Shown here: positions 39,052 through 53,000 of the stretch, piece by piece
Layout of the letters: each line of letters begins with the position of its first letter
Numbering within the stretch: the first letter of the stretch is position 1
Notes under the pieces: model-generated
Told to the model about the DNA's origin: nothing
Seen by the model: only the letters and a program-made list of their open reading frames with translations
Database searches by the model: none
Origin: Phoronis australis
Lineage: Eukaryota > Animalia > Phoronida
NCBI GenBank assembly: GCA_002633005.1
Contig: NMRA01000019.1
Span: 807,348-871,347 of the forward strand
Direction: 5' to 3'
DNA length: 64,000 nt
Translations under genes and position numbers: made by a program

Positions 39052-40764
39052 TTTTTATGCGCCCACATATTTATATGTGGACGCATTATGCCGTCATCTC
39101 CGTTCGTCCGTCCGGGCGGCGTCCGTCCGTCGTTCGCTGCTCCAAAACCCTTTGACATACGTTCGTGAAATTTGGCACATATGTTCCATTCGTGAATGGG
39201 ATGGCATGAGCGAACTTTCGGATGGATCTGACTACCGGTGTGCCCCCTAGTGGCAATTTTAGTTTTTTACGCTTACCTTATCTTTAAAAGTCCTGACCGG
39301 ATTTTCATGAAATTTGGAATGTAAGCACCTATTAGTGAGATGATGCTATCCTTTTGTTTTTGGATGGATTCGACGTAGTTTGCGCCACCTAGTGGCCATT
39401 TTTACTGTTTTCGAGTGTTTTTTTTGCGTCCACCCTTCTATCAACCAAACTGCTCAAAGGATGATTGTGAAAATTTGCATGTGATTCCTATGAAGAGGAC
39501 GGTTGACGATGATTTTCCGACGATTTCAACTACTGTGGCACCTCCTAGTGGCAGTTTTTTTGCGCCTATGGCTGTATCTCCTAAACCGTTCACAGAATCT
39601 TTATGAAATTTAGTAAGTATGATGTGAAGAACGGACGACGACGACTTTTGGACAGATCGCAATACCCGTGTGGCCCCTAGTGGCAATTTTATTTTTTTTC
39701 CGTTTACCTTTGTATCTTCAAAAGTCCGTAACGGATTTTTATGAAATTTAATATATAGGCACCTATTAGTGAGATGACGCTATTCTCCCGTTTTCGGATG
39801 GATTCAACGTAGTTTGCGCCACTTAGTGGCGTTTTTACTGTTTTCGAGTCTTGTTTTTTGCGTCCACCCCTCATCAACCAAACCGCTCAAAGGATGATTG
39901 TAAAAATTGGCATGTATGTGCTTACCAAAAGAGGACAGCTGACGATGATTTTTCCGATGATTTCGACTACTGTTGCGCCTCCTAGTGGCAGTTTTGTTTT
40001 TGTTGCGCCTATGGCTGTATCTTCTAAACCGTTCGCAGGAACTTTACTTAATTTAGCAAGTGTATTTATATGATGTTGACTATGGGTGACGACGACTTTC
40101 AGACAGATCTGACCACTGCTGTGCCCCTAGTGGCAATTTTAGTTTTTTACGTTTAACTCAGTATCTTCAAAGGTTCTCAACAGATTTTCATAAACTTTTA
40201 AAATATAGGCATCTATTGGTCTGATGACGCTATATTCCTGGTTTTGGATGGAATCGAGGTATTTTGCACCACCTAGTGGCCATTTTTGCTGTTTTCAAGT
40301 CTTGTTTTTGGTGTCCACCCCTGTATCAACTAAATCATTCGAAAATTGGCATATATTATGTTCTCAATGTGAAGACGACCTTTGATGATGGTGACTGACT
40401 ACTGTGGCGCCTCCTCGTGGTAGTTTTGTTTTGCGCCCATAGTTGTATCTCTTAAACCCGCTGCAGGATCTTTACTAAATTTAGTAAGTGTATTTATATG
40501 AAGATAACAACAGACGACGACTTTCAGGCAGATCCAACAGACACTGTGCCCACTAGTGGCAATTTTATTTTATTCTGTTTTCCTTTGTTTCTCTGAAGTT
40601 CCTTGACAGATTTTTATGAAATATGGCATATTCCTGTTTTTGGATAGATTGTATGTTTTTGCGCCATCTAGTGGCCATTTTTATGATACACATAAATAAC
40701 CCTAAAAGCACTCCATTTGCAATGCATTTGTGGGCGCATTTCAATGCTCTGCGTTGCTCTTGTT
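39052..40764 (+). mobile_element. Helentron/DINE-1-like non-autonomous element with an internal ~145-bp tandem array (3-unit ~430-bp higher-order repeat)
   Basis: 5' sub-TIR atgcgcccaca, a (ccgt)n microsatellite, tandem core units each with a ...ctagtggc motif, 3' sub-TIR tgtgggcgcat, a terminal hairpin caatgc..gcgttg, and T-rich flanks. Confidence 0.8.
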
Positions 40765-42910
40765 TATTATTAGTTTAGAAAGGGTTATGGGTACCTTCTA
40801 AGACTATGTAATCTAGTTGTAACATTTTATTATAAGTTATGACATGATCTTTGTGGTAATAAGTGGTGAAGATGAAGGGAGCCCTTTTGTGTCAACTTAC
40901 AAACTGCTTTCAACAAACATTCCATGGAATTTATGACTATAACTTGTTCCTTTCTTTAGTTAGCTAGGTTTTAGTGACAATTTCAAAATTATTTGATTTT
41001 ATTGAAAAATGTAACGGAGATCATATGATTTTTACTGGTTTAAGCATAGTTCAATGAAATTCTTCACCGTGACAATGAATAGACATGGCCGTTTAGCAAG
41101 AGAGTTTATGGAGCTTTAGCAAGGGTGTGTGTGTTGTGACTGGTTGTCTGAGAAGAGATGTCACATCTCGGAGACAAAGTGATAGTGTTCTCATCATACT
41201 ACTTAGCTTAGTAATGAGTTATGATTGTAGGACCCTTTTCATGATTTTGACAGACATATTTATAAGTCTGCAACAGATATGGTATTGCTGTTACAAATAA
41301 TTGAATGTAAAAGGGGCCTATTTTTCACGTTTCCTTTTCGCTGTTTGTTTCCTGCATTCTGTTGTTTTAGAGTACCGTGCAGCACTAATTAATTCTAGCC
41401 GGAATGTCATATTGAAATAAATCAGGTTGGCTATGGTGAATCTTTTTGTCGAAGCAATTGGTAAAATCCATGCAGTTTATGGGTTTACCATTATGTAATT
41501 AAGAATGATAACTTTCTGTATTAGAACTCTAATCAGATGGTTCCACCCCAAACCATGAACCAAAATCATGGTTTTCAAACACGGAACTTCATGCGAGTTT
41601 AGTCAAGACATGTAATCATTTAGTTTTTAAATATCTTCACTACCTTTGCTTTTATTTGATTGTCAAATCACTGATTAGTTTGTGTAAAGAGTCAAAACTA
41701 AGTTGTCTTCATGATGAGAAGAGTTCTGCAGGATTTGTATAGAGTTCAATATTGAGCCCTGTAGCTTTGAAGTTAGCTTTCTTGGTGAGTGGCAATGACA
41801 TTCTATGGACGGACACTGGTTATCACAAAGGGCATTGAGATGCTATGACTGCTGACCGTAACCAATATGTAGGCAGTGTTAGTTGACTGTGGTTTCTTTA
41901 GTTTAAAGGGATATTTATCGTTTTTGTGACAAAAAACCTGCAAATTTGGGATTCTTGTTGGGAGAGATAGACTTCTTGAAGCTATTAGTAACGTTAACCA
42001 GAACTACTAAACAACAAAATCCTCTGCGTTTCTATAATTTTATTACAAATGGTAAATTCTCGCCATTGTCATCCATACTTTTGCTGAAGTCTTCACCATT
42101 GAGACACGCTTGAAATACTAGCTGTAAAACATGTGGGATTTGGCTCAGTGGAGTAAGAACTCTGCTGTTACTGTGGAGGCAGTGAATTCGATTCCTTAGT
42201 ACTACTACGTTTTGAACAATTACTTTTATTGCCTGGTAATTTCTCTTCAATTATTGGTCTCTCTTTAGTATTGACCACTCATTGCGCACTTGATGTCAGT
42301 ATAAACTAAACACGACAGACAATGACCAAGGGTCAAATAATTTGTATAATGTTCAACCTTGCAACTGTTTTCTGGTGAATAGTCCACCGACTTCACCTGG
42401 CATGGCAATAGTGAACTCGAGTCCTCTATGGTTGGGTTTTTTGAAATTTCCTTCAAAGTTAATTACCTGTCTTGAACGACTGGGTGCGTTGTAGCGAGTT
42501 GTTCTCAATTAACCAGTGTGTACCATTTATGCAACCTGACCATTTTAAGCATTGAGCGCATTGCAATTCATTTCGATATATCTATGCTTTTCTTCTAAAG
42601 GCAGTTAACATTGATGGGTTTAAAGGGAGTTAGTGAATTATGATGTTGTCCACTTTTTGATGTCACCATGGTACGACTTGTGAAAGGGGTTTAGAACAAT
42701 CAGCATTCAATTTTTCTTGTTTCACATGTCTGGGCATTGTCGCATCAAAGTGGAAGTGTTTGTGAAAACCAAAAGTCAAGCTTTACAATATGGTGAATTC
42801 TGAGTACTTGTTGAGGATTATTGCTGTGAAGTAGAATGCACGAACAAATAATTTGTGAAAGTTTTAGAAATTAGCAAGCATGTTACTGTTCAGCAGTTAT
42901 TTCAAAACCA

Positions 42911-42947
42911 AATAAAAATTCTAAAAATTGTTCAGGATGTTTTTATT
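42911..42947. terminator. Closely opposed polyadenylation signals of the two convergent genes
   Basis: AATAAA on + at 42911-42916 and on - at 42947-42942. Strand bias appears to flip from T/G-rich to A/C-rich here. Confidence 0.5.
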
Positions 42948-44026
42948 CTGACAACATATTTTGGCAACATACTGAAATAAATAAAATATACAAATCAAAA
43001 TATAGATATTAAGTTAATATTAAGTAAAGTGAAAAAATTCTAGTCACGAGCACATTGGTTGATATAATTATTATCCTCCAGTATCATGAAACAACAATGC
43101 CTTCAGCACTCCGAACAATGCTGTTTCATGACTAATTAAAAAGGAATTTCAAGAAGAAGCTGCTGTGGCAGAAGGGACTGTATCGCACAAGTTTATTTCC
43201 ACTTTAAAAAGTAATACCGGTAATAATTACCATTTTCCACTTATGATGTAATCGCTACGGTCATTTTCCACTTAAATATCAGCATCACGGACACCTTTCC
43301 CAACAACTTGTGAATGATCCATGTTAAATTAGGGCAACGTGAAAGCATTGGGAAACAACTTAAACTGTCATGTGTTAAGAACAGTATCTTATGACCTACA
43401 TATCAGTGACCGAGGTGGGAGGCAGTGCACATTCCACTGCTATGTTGTCTTGCATTTGGCCAGGATGGCATTCCGTTGTGAAAGTTTCTTGCACGAAAAG
43501 CAAGTCACATTTCACGAGTAATCTCTAGAGTTTACTACAACCTATCCTAGCAAAATGGCAGCCATTGAAGAGATGGGTCGGTAAGGTTGGCATGTTGAAT
43601 TATGGGAGTTAATGAGTATCCTGTAGAAGTCAATGTTCCTGCTCCGTAAGCAAAGACTTTTGCAGTGCAACCCAGCCTACATAGGTAATGGCTCAACAGT
43701 TTGGAGTTTTGTGACTACACGCACAACACAATGCAATTCCTCTCTCATAAATCCCTAATTATAACAAGTTTAAAAAATGTTGATACATAAACAATTCATA
43801 AGAGCAATTCATAACACAGTAGGATGGATCAACTTGGTGTGAAGACCATGTTGCAACAGCCACAAGTTAGAGTACTCGATTTTGAGAACCAGTTCAATGC
43901 CTGAAAAATAATTCTCACAAGCAGTACCCCGAAAGTGATTTCACGAACCATGTCATAGTTATTATGAAAAAGTCATGTCCAGCCAATGGCGCCACCTGTC
44001 AGCACAATGCAGTGTAACTATCAGGA

Positions 44027-47000
44027 CTACTCCCCTGCTTGGTCAGCAATGTCAGCTAACATCTGTTCCTCCTGGACACTCTGAGAAGTAAGTGCTTCAC
44101 CCAACTTCCAGATCTGAATGTAGCCCATCCCATCTCCTGTGGCCAGCAAGTCTCGTCTGCAAAAAAGAGAAAGAAATTAAGTTAACATTTTCCCTTACGT
44201 AACATGAAGCACAATCATTCCAGACAGTGCACTCCTGAAAATTAAAGTTTCTATACGTTAAGTTAGTTTTGTAATTTCACAAGAAAATTCTATGGATCGA
44301 GTTCATTGACTACAGCAACCAGAGTTCATTGACTACAGCGACCAGAGCTCATTGACGACAGTGACCAGAGTTCATTGACTACAGCAACCAGAGTTCATTG
44401 ACTACAGCGACCAGAGTTCATTGACTACAGTGACCAGAGTTCATTGACTACATCGAGTTTTCCACGGCCAGTTTTACTAATTCCAGCTTGAAGCTGACAA
44501 TGCTTTGCCTCGATTTTGTCACTAATAGTACTTTTAATATTAGGATAAAAAGTTAATTGCAGAAACAAGAGTCATTTGGTCATTCAATAGTCAAAAACTA
44601 TGGAGTGAACGTCTTGTCACTTTAATGCAGGACGGGTTCTGTGAACATTTTGATACATTGCAATGTCGCTTGATGAGCACATAGTTTTACTTATCGCCAC
44701 CAACAGGGTAAGAAAACACTACGTAAGCCACCAATCTATGTGAAAGTCGAGTGAGTTTCTACAGATCTCAGCACCTTTATAACTTCATTTGGTGAAAAAC
44801 AAGGCTGCAAAGAGCATTGTTATAATTTCAGGATGGATAAATGAAATAGTTTTTGAAAATAATGAGATGTATAACCACAGAATTTCTCTGATTTTTTAAA
44901 TTATCAAATATTAAACTCAAACCAAACAATTATCGAGTCCATCATTCTTAAGTTTTCTTTTCATTAATCTCCAAAATTGCAATAATCTAGTTTTCTCATT
45001 TCTATCAATTTTAACTTTGTCAATATTAAGCAAACATTTTATGAACATGCTCAAAAATAACACTATTAAATTAAATTAAAAACATACTGATGCAAGTTGA
45101 ATTGTAAAGAATAAACTGGCGCCCTCTTTGGGCTGGCCTGCAACTTGTGAAGGGGCGTCACCAGACTGTGCTTCAGGTCATAGATAAGTAAGTCACCATT
45201 TTCCGTTGTAACGGCAAACACTAGTGGACGTATGGGCGACCACTTGGCAGAGAACAGATACCCCATGCCTGGTTCAATGGTGGCCACTGGCTGAGACTGA
45301 AAGGAAGCATGTTATAATTAATTTGCCATACCCACATTTTAATGGCTTTTCAACTGTTTACAGTGTATTACTTTTTACCTCTAAAATGGGTATTCAGTAT
45401 CATGGTTTATTGGCACCATGTGTCTTAACTGATGCAGAAATGGTGGCAACAGCTGAAGCATAATAAAATATTAAAACAAAGATTACACCGTTACAAAAGA
45501 TACTCGCAAATTGCACCTTCAAATTTACAAAACAAAAAGAATGACAAGAGCAAAGAAAAGTATTAAAATACATCCACGACTGTACTGGAAACAATGTACT
45601 TCACGTAATAAAAATAAAGAGGCCACTAGGAGGTGCAGCATGAGTCAAATCTGCCTTAAACAAGGCAAGTGCTGTGATCTCCTTGACAACAGATAATAAT
45701 ACAAAGTCATATGCAAAGAAAGCCTATTAAATTGTCACCAGGGGACGCCACAATAGTCACTCATCCTAAAATCAAAGCAAGGTATTCTATCCTTAACTGG
45801 AACACATATATCAAAATTCAGGAAGACCTATTATGGAACGTCTTTGGTACATATTGAAGCTAAAGCAAACAAAAATTTTTTTTCGCTCATTCATGATAGG
45901 AGCATGTCCGGAAAATTTGACAAACATCCACCAAGAAGTTTCGGAGATACTGCAGCAGATGGTGGATGGATAGACGGACAAACAGACGGCATAATGTGCC
46001 CACACATACATGAGGACACATTAAGAACCTATTGATATACCTGTATCATGCTGTAGAGTCTGGCTGAGGCATCGGACGCACATGTAATGAATAGATTGCG
46101 GTGATATGGTGAACAATCAACAGAGTACACAGGACCTTGGTGAGGTGTGTATGTCACTGTTACTGGCGAGGTGAGAGGTACAGAGGATTCCACGTGACCT
46201 AAAAAGAGGATAATCTGGGTCAAAGATACTGTATCGTAGATGAATCACATTGTTACTACACGTGTTGATTGTCCGACAATAACGCATTTCATTTAATTTC
46301 TTTATCACCGTAAGACATGTTGTAGTCTGTGGTATTTAAGGATCTGGCGAATGTTTTGAGTGCCACATTATCATGCTGTGTTGAGGTGAAATGTCACGCT
46401 CAGTCCTCAGCTGATTATGTCTCAAGGGATCCTACAGACGTAAGTTTACCTAGTTTGTATATCGCTCATTAACCGATGATTGTACTGAAGTATAGATAAT
46501 AGCATTTCATGCTTATTGTATGTTACTTATGTGTTCATAAAAAGTCTTTTACTGGTCAGCATAATTTAGGTCCAAATAGGAAAGTTAAGTAAACACAAAT
46601 GCTTTTATTATTATCTGTAGATCAAAAGTCTCTTTAAGGGATGAAAATTGTCAAGCAAAACTAATCAAAAATAAAATTCACCACAAATTCATGACCAAGT
46701 GGACCCCCTGCAAATCACACACTCAGCATAAATTAAGTGATCAGACATAAAATCAAGTTTTGAATCCACAGTCTAATTGTTCATTTGTGACCTTGCACAG
46801 TAAGATGTCATGATTTCAACAAAGTGCTTGGAGCAATACCTGTCACAACTTTATTGAGATTTAACCAGCATAGAAACAGATTCCAGACCACAAGAAATGA
46901 ATTCACGATTCTGTGCACCAAAACAGTGCCAAACTTCGACACTGTCCAGTTTGTTTTTCAAAACTAGTGTTAGGAATGGCAGCATGCTAGGCATCCCACT

Positions 47001-50000
47001 AACTGAAACATGGAGGTACATTTCACAACTTACTTCCAGCTGGAGTTCCTCTCGCCTGTCGTGAACACTTAAACACACCACCACTCTCTGAACCGATCAT
47101 AAATATACTGTTATCCTCATGGTTGTACGAGATGCTAGTCACACCCATCTCCCTGTTGCCTTGTTTAGTGTGCCTCCTCATCGCCCGCGGCAGACTCTCT
47201 GTCAGCAGAATTCGACTGAAAGCGATATTCAATAAGTTGTCTAGACTGCAGTTTAGTTATTGAGAATTTTAACATTAACCACATTGTCCAGTTACATTCA
47301 TTGTTATGACAAGAATTGCAAAGAAAATTTGTTGAAAATAGATAAGTGTAAAACTGCTGAAGACTATATTATTTGTACAGGCCAGACTATGCAGAGACTG
47401 ACAACCTTCATCTATCAAGACAGCACAGCAGTGAAAGAGAAAAATGACACATTCAAGACAACTAGGGAGATTTCAGCCCTGCTGATGCTTTTTCACATGC
47501 ATTGTGGGAAGACGGTCGACTCGCAAACACCCGGTGACATCACCGATAACAATACACCCGTCACTCGTGTGCAGCAGAATTGAAGTACAGATCCCCAACA
47601 ACATACTTCATGATGCAAGTACAACACACCATACAACCGGAAAATTGAAAACGATCTTCACAATGCACCAAATAAATACATACAATACAAGCTTAAAGTA
47701 TTCAGACAAACTGACCCGGACGTTCCCGTCACGATGGCTGGGCGGGAGCCGAACTTAATGTTAGAGTAGTATTCACTCGTGACCAATAATGAAGGGGAAT
47801 TATCAGGAATGTTTACTTACTAAGGTGGACAAGCCATTTAAATTATTTTGTAATTAGAATTTTGCCACCTGAATAGTTATTAAAAGTCATTTTTGTTGTT
47901 ACAAGAATAAGTCGTCATGATGGGAAAACAATATTGCATCTGATTACTTTTGTCTTGCACAGTACTTGGCCTATTGATTACTTTTGTCTTGCACTGTAGA
48001 TGAGCGAGTCCTCAGCACCAAGGCATGCGCAATCCAATCATGATGAAGGCAAGTCTCACCAGCTAACATGCAACTTATAATACAGTCAGGTTGTCCACAA
48101 TTTATCTGTATGTCGCCACATGTTTATGAGCCAGCAACAGCTCCACAATGCATTTGAAGAATGACAGTTGTGCCTCACACTAAGTGGTCTGTAATTCAAC
48201 ACTGATTGGATTCTTTGAAGGATTAAGATTGGTCAGATCAGCATTCCATCATTACGGAATTAGGTACATGAACCTAGTCAGCTTATCATCATTGCTCGGC
48301 AAGCCCACTAAAAGAGGAAAGACTGGGATCACTCAACAAAGGAGCAGCAGTCATTCCGGGTTAAGCTATTTAAAACTCATAGGGGGTAATGAAACAATCA
48401 TCTTCTCAACCAGGACCATAAAGCATGATTATTAAGCTGTGTTTACTTACACATGTCAACTGGGACAGTTGTATGACTAAGAGCAGGGTTCACAAGGAAC
48501 TGCTTTCACTGACCTTAATGTCATTTTCAAAACGCCTATTGCACGTGAACAACACCGATGATTTAAAACAGTGAGTTCGCTAAGTCCTAAGCCACTATGC
48601 GAACTAGTTACCTCCTTCGAGCCCAAAATGGTTGCAATGCTATGATTCCCTGTTATTCTGTAATTGGTTAACAGTTTTTGCCATTTAAATGTCACAAAGA
48701 CAGTCAAATTTTAATGACAGACTCAGTCCCCATATCCTGCAGTGCCAAACATTATCTGTGAAGAGTAACACTGTCTTTTTATTTTGTTTAACAACAGGCA
48801 GTGCTATCACTGATATCTGCCTCTATTCCCTAATCCCAAACAAAAAAGCCAGTCATAAAAGTCCAAGAGTTTTGGTAACCGGCTATTCAAATCCCAACTG
48901 GTAAGAAGCATTCAAAGTTGATTGTTGGGTAATGAGTTGTAGCACACAATGGTGAAGGAAATCTCGTGAACTGACAGCTAATTGGACATTGTAGAAATAT
49001 CCCTTCATCAATGATCAATCATTTTTAACAAACAGGATATTTTGTCCACACAGGCACCACTGAATGATCAAATTGAAAACTGAACATGTGAAGTTATGTC
49101 AGCAAGGAATATTGTCATTATGATAAGTTCAATAATTTTCTGAACCTACCCTTCCAGTAAAGTGAGATTCCGTTGTTTAGATACCATCTGCCATGTTAGA
49201 ATCTTTCCATCACCACTCACACTGACAATCTGCAGAACAAACATAAGATGGGAGCTATGAAAGCATGTATGACTCAAACCAAAGTTTATTGAACTTATCT
49301 GGACTCTGGACTGTGTTAGCAGATGAAACCAATCACTTCTTTCATTGCTGTGGTGTTATGATATCTTTAACAGTGGAAGCATTGACACCAATTAAATGGA
49401 CTTTCAGATAATATAGGTATCACAAGGAATGGCATTGATTTCTTTTTTAAAACCTAAGCCAGCCTCGTAAATAGCCCATTAGCATGCTAAGCTATTAGGT
49501 TCAAAGTTCAAGACTGTAGTATACAAGTTGCAGAAATGTTTACGCACATTATACTTTTTGCCTTTACTGTCTGGATCCAAGACCCAGTGAACTTTAGACA
49601 CAGGTTCTTTGTGCGAGTCATCGCCGATACCAGATGTCGCCACCAGCATTTCATCTTCTTGACTGGTATCCCACACTAACACCTCACCTGCAAGTGAGGG
49701 CAACAGTTCAACGAAAACACATGCAGTGATTATAGGCACCTCACACTAACAACTACCCTACAAATGATTGACGATAGCTATTATAGAAACCTTGTTTGGT
49801 CTTAACTCCAAACAACTGCAATCTTCAAATCAAGACTAAATCAAAATTGAATCTAGTCCATCATTGTTAGGTGTTCCTATGCTCTTTTGTCCAGCATTAC
49901 AACTTGCAGGCCAACTATTTACCACGGTTCAAAGAGTAACTACTAAAACCATTCGTCAATGGGTACCAGTCAACAGAAACCTAACGCAAATATTTTCTAA

Positions 50001-53000
50001 TTTTATTGTATTTCTTCAGGTAAATCTGGTCTTAACTTAAATACCAGGTGTTGTAAAACAGGCTGCTTTTTGCTGAGGCAAACAGCTCATTGAAACCACA
50101 TGCAGTATTTACAGGTATCTCTGCTAAGTCTACCATTGCTAGTCAAATAATCATAACAGTCAGTTGTGCTGAGGTGCTTCACAGAAGCAATTAATAATCA
50201 AAACTAGAGAAGGTCCTAAAGATAGAAAACGAAAATTCAAATACCATTAAAATTGTAAAAAAACATTTTTGGTAAAGACTGTTATGTAAAGGTTGCCATA
50301 GAAAAAATCAATCCAAACACATTATGAACTTTCAATCCAAAGACATGTAGTTTCAATCCAAACACATGTACATTCAATCCATTCACATGAACTTTCAATC
50401 CAAACACAATTTATTGTACTCTCAATCCAAACACGTACTTTCAATCCAATTCCAGATAAGATAGCATTAAACTTTCCTTGAACGATAACAGGCCTGAAAT
50501 TGGTTGCTACAATGTTTTGAGCATCACTGTGAGCACACCAATTTGCCATAAATTACCATGCAATGAACAGTTAACATTAATAGATTTATTTAATGTCACC
50601 TTGAGATTCCTTGCAATACAACTACTTCCCGCTTTCATTCTTTGTTCTGTGTCCTCCCAGTGACACAATAGGACTATTTCATGTATCATTTGATAAGCCT
50701 ACATCAAAATGATTACATCATGTTTACTTAGTACATTGCTGAACCATTGCCGAAAACAGAGACTATCTGGGCAGGGTTTGAAGTGGAACTTGCATGCTAA
50801 TTCGTTATCTCTGTGATTGTTTGGTCAAATTACTTAGAAGTGAATATGAAGTAGGTTGAAAATTACCAACTGTTTTTAAGAACCACAAGTTTTGTGTTGA
50901 AAATAATCCGCCGTAAATCACTGTCATGTCCAGTAAGTATCGTGACGTGGTGTTGGGGAACAACACTGCATGGTGTGGTGTATGTGAACCCGCGAGGTAC
51001 GCCATTAGTGCAAAGGTCACCTATTTGTAGAATTTGTTGTTTTCTCATTTACAAGTTGTCAATGAATACAGCTGGACTTTGTTTAGCATAGGTGACATAC
51101 AACTGGCATTGTCGTTTAGTTCCTGCTATATATTAGCATAGTTAGGAGCATGCAAATAATCTTTAAACATCATAACTGACCTGTAGATCTATTAATTCAG
51201 TAATATTATTTTTACAGCTCATGAGCAGTTGTGTTTTGGTTCATTTTTAGTTCTTGAATCTGTATATTATGAAAACCCGACCTGCTGCATTTTGCCAAAA
51301 TATTGCAATTTTATCAATCCGTAGTATAGTCATTGAATGATTGTGTTTAACTGTTGTGATTCCAGTATCTCGTGCTTATGGAGAGCGCTACTTGCCATTG
51401 AACGTTCCTCCAGCAATCATTGCCGGGTTTTTGGGATGATACGCTACGCACATCAAACAACTAGACAGGTCAATGTTCAGATCTGGTTTGTCACACTTCA
51501 GCGAGCGCAAGTCAACGTTCCAGGTGGACAAGGTAGACTTATGTGTACACCAGTCTTCATGGTCAAATCTTCCGTAGGCTGCGGCTACTGTTGATCCGGT
51601 GCAATTCCAAGTAAGACCAGTGATCTGGAGCTATGAAAGTAACATGGTCATATTTTATCAAATTATTTACATGAAAGCAACAAAACTACATTCCATAGTT
51701 TGAAGTACTAGTTACAATTTTAAAAGATTCCATTAATTGATCAATCACAAGCTCCTACCCCTCGCAAAAGGTCGACAAACAAACAATAAGTTTGTCAGGT
51801 AAAAGGGCAGCTTGGAAACAAAGTTGTGTCAAGAATGCAGCATTGTGATTGGTCAGTTAAGCCATCACTCAAAATGTCCATTGAAGCAATGAATCTGCAT
51901 GACATATCTGATCTTGTAGAAGTAATTATTTCATTGAAGAAAAAAAAATCAAAATCAAAGCCAACAAACCTTTTCATCATGATCAGCATTGTGTAAGGTG
52001 TACAAGCTGCTGATGGCTACTGACTCGTGGTCCCAATATGAACTATAACCTGAGCAAAAACAAACAACCAAAATCATCACTTTTAAGCAGATGAGCAAGA
52101 TTCTTTGACATACATACCTACATATTAAAAACATTAATTGTAATTTCAGAAGAAAATTAGAACTATGGGTCAAAAAATTATTAAATTTGAGTTTTCAATG
52201 AAATTCTGTTTTGAAAGGAATTCCCAGATTCACACAGTGAACAAAAAGGATTTACAAAAAAATCATCTACCGTAATCGTTCGGGTTAACGCCCATGCTCA
52301 GTTAACCGCCCACCCCCTACTTTAGGTGAATTTCGATTTAACCGCCCACTGCTCGGTTAACCGCCCCCCTGCTATTTTTGAAGATTTCCAATTAACCGCC
52401 CACTGCTCGGTTAACCGCCCATCCCCTACTTTTGACGATTGGTGATTACCGCCCTGTGCTAATAGGAAACGCGAATCCCCGACCTTTTAGATTAAGATCG
52501 ATGATAACATTGAGTGCAACGACGGCCTCAGAGACCGCGGTTTAGCAATGTGAATTATGATACCAGTAACAAATTATTGTAACGGGTCATCGATTAACTT
52601 CAAAATGTAATACTTGAACACTTTGTCACTTTCTTTTCTTCTCATGTTCGCAAACTTTAGGAACNCATGAAAATCCGTTCAGGACTTTTGAAGATACAAA
52701 GGTAAGCGTAAAAAACTAAAATTGCCACTAGGGGGCACACCGGTAATCGGATCCGTCCGAAAGTTCGCACATGCCGTCCCATTCATGAATGGAACATATG
52801 TGCCAAATTTCATGAACGTATGTCAAAGGGTTTTGGAGATAGAGCAGCGGACGCCAGACGCCGGACGGACGCCGCCCGGACGGACGGACGGACGGACAGA
52901 GATGACGGCATAATGCGTCCACATATAAATATGTAGGCGCATAAAAATGATAACATAAACTAAAATATTCGCTAATTTTGCATACAAATATTGTCAGCAT

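Noticed and set aside
39415-40073. Two similar ORFs (RPP..NQ...STTVAPPSGSF) as a gene family
   Set aside because: Translations of the tandem units of the non-coding Helentron-like element.
44299-44452. CRISPR-like or coding repeat
   Set aside because: A simple 23-bp minisatellite in the last WDR34 intron.
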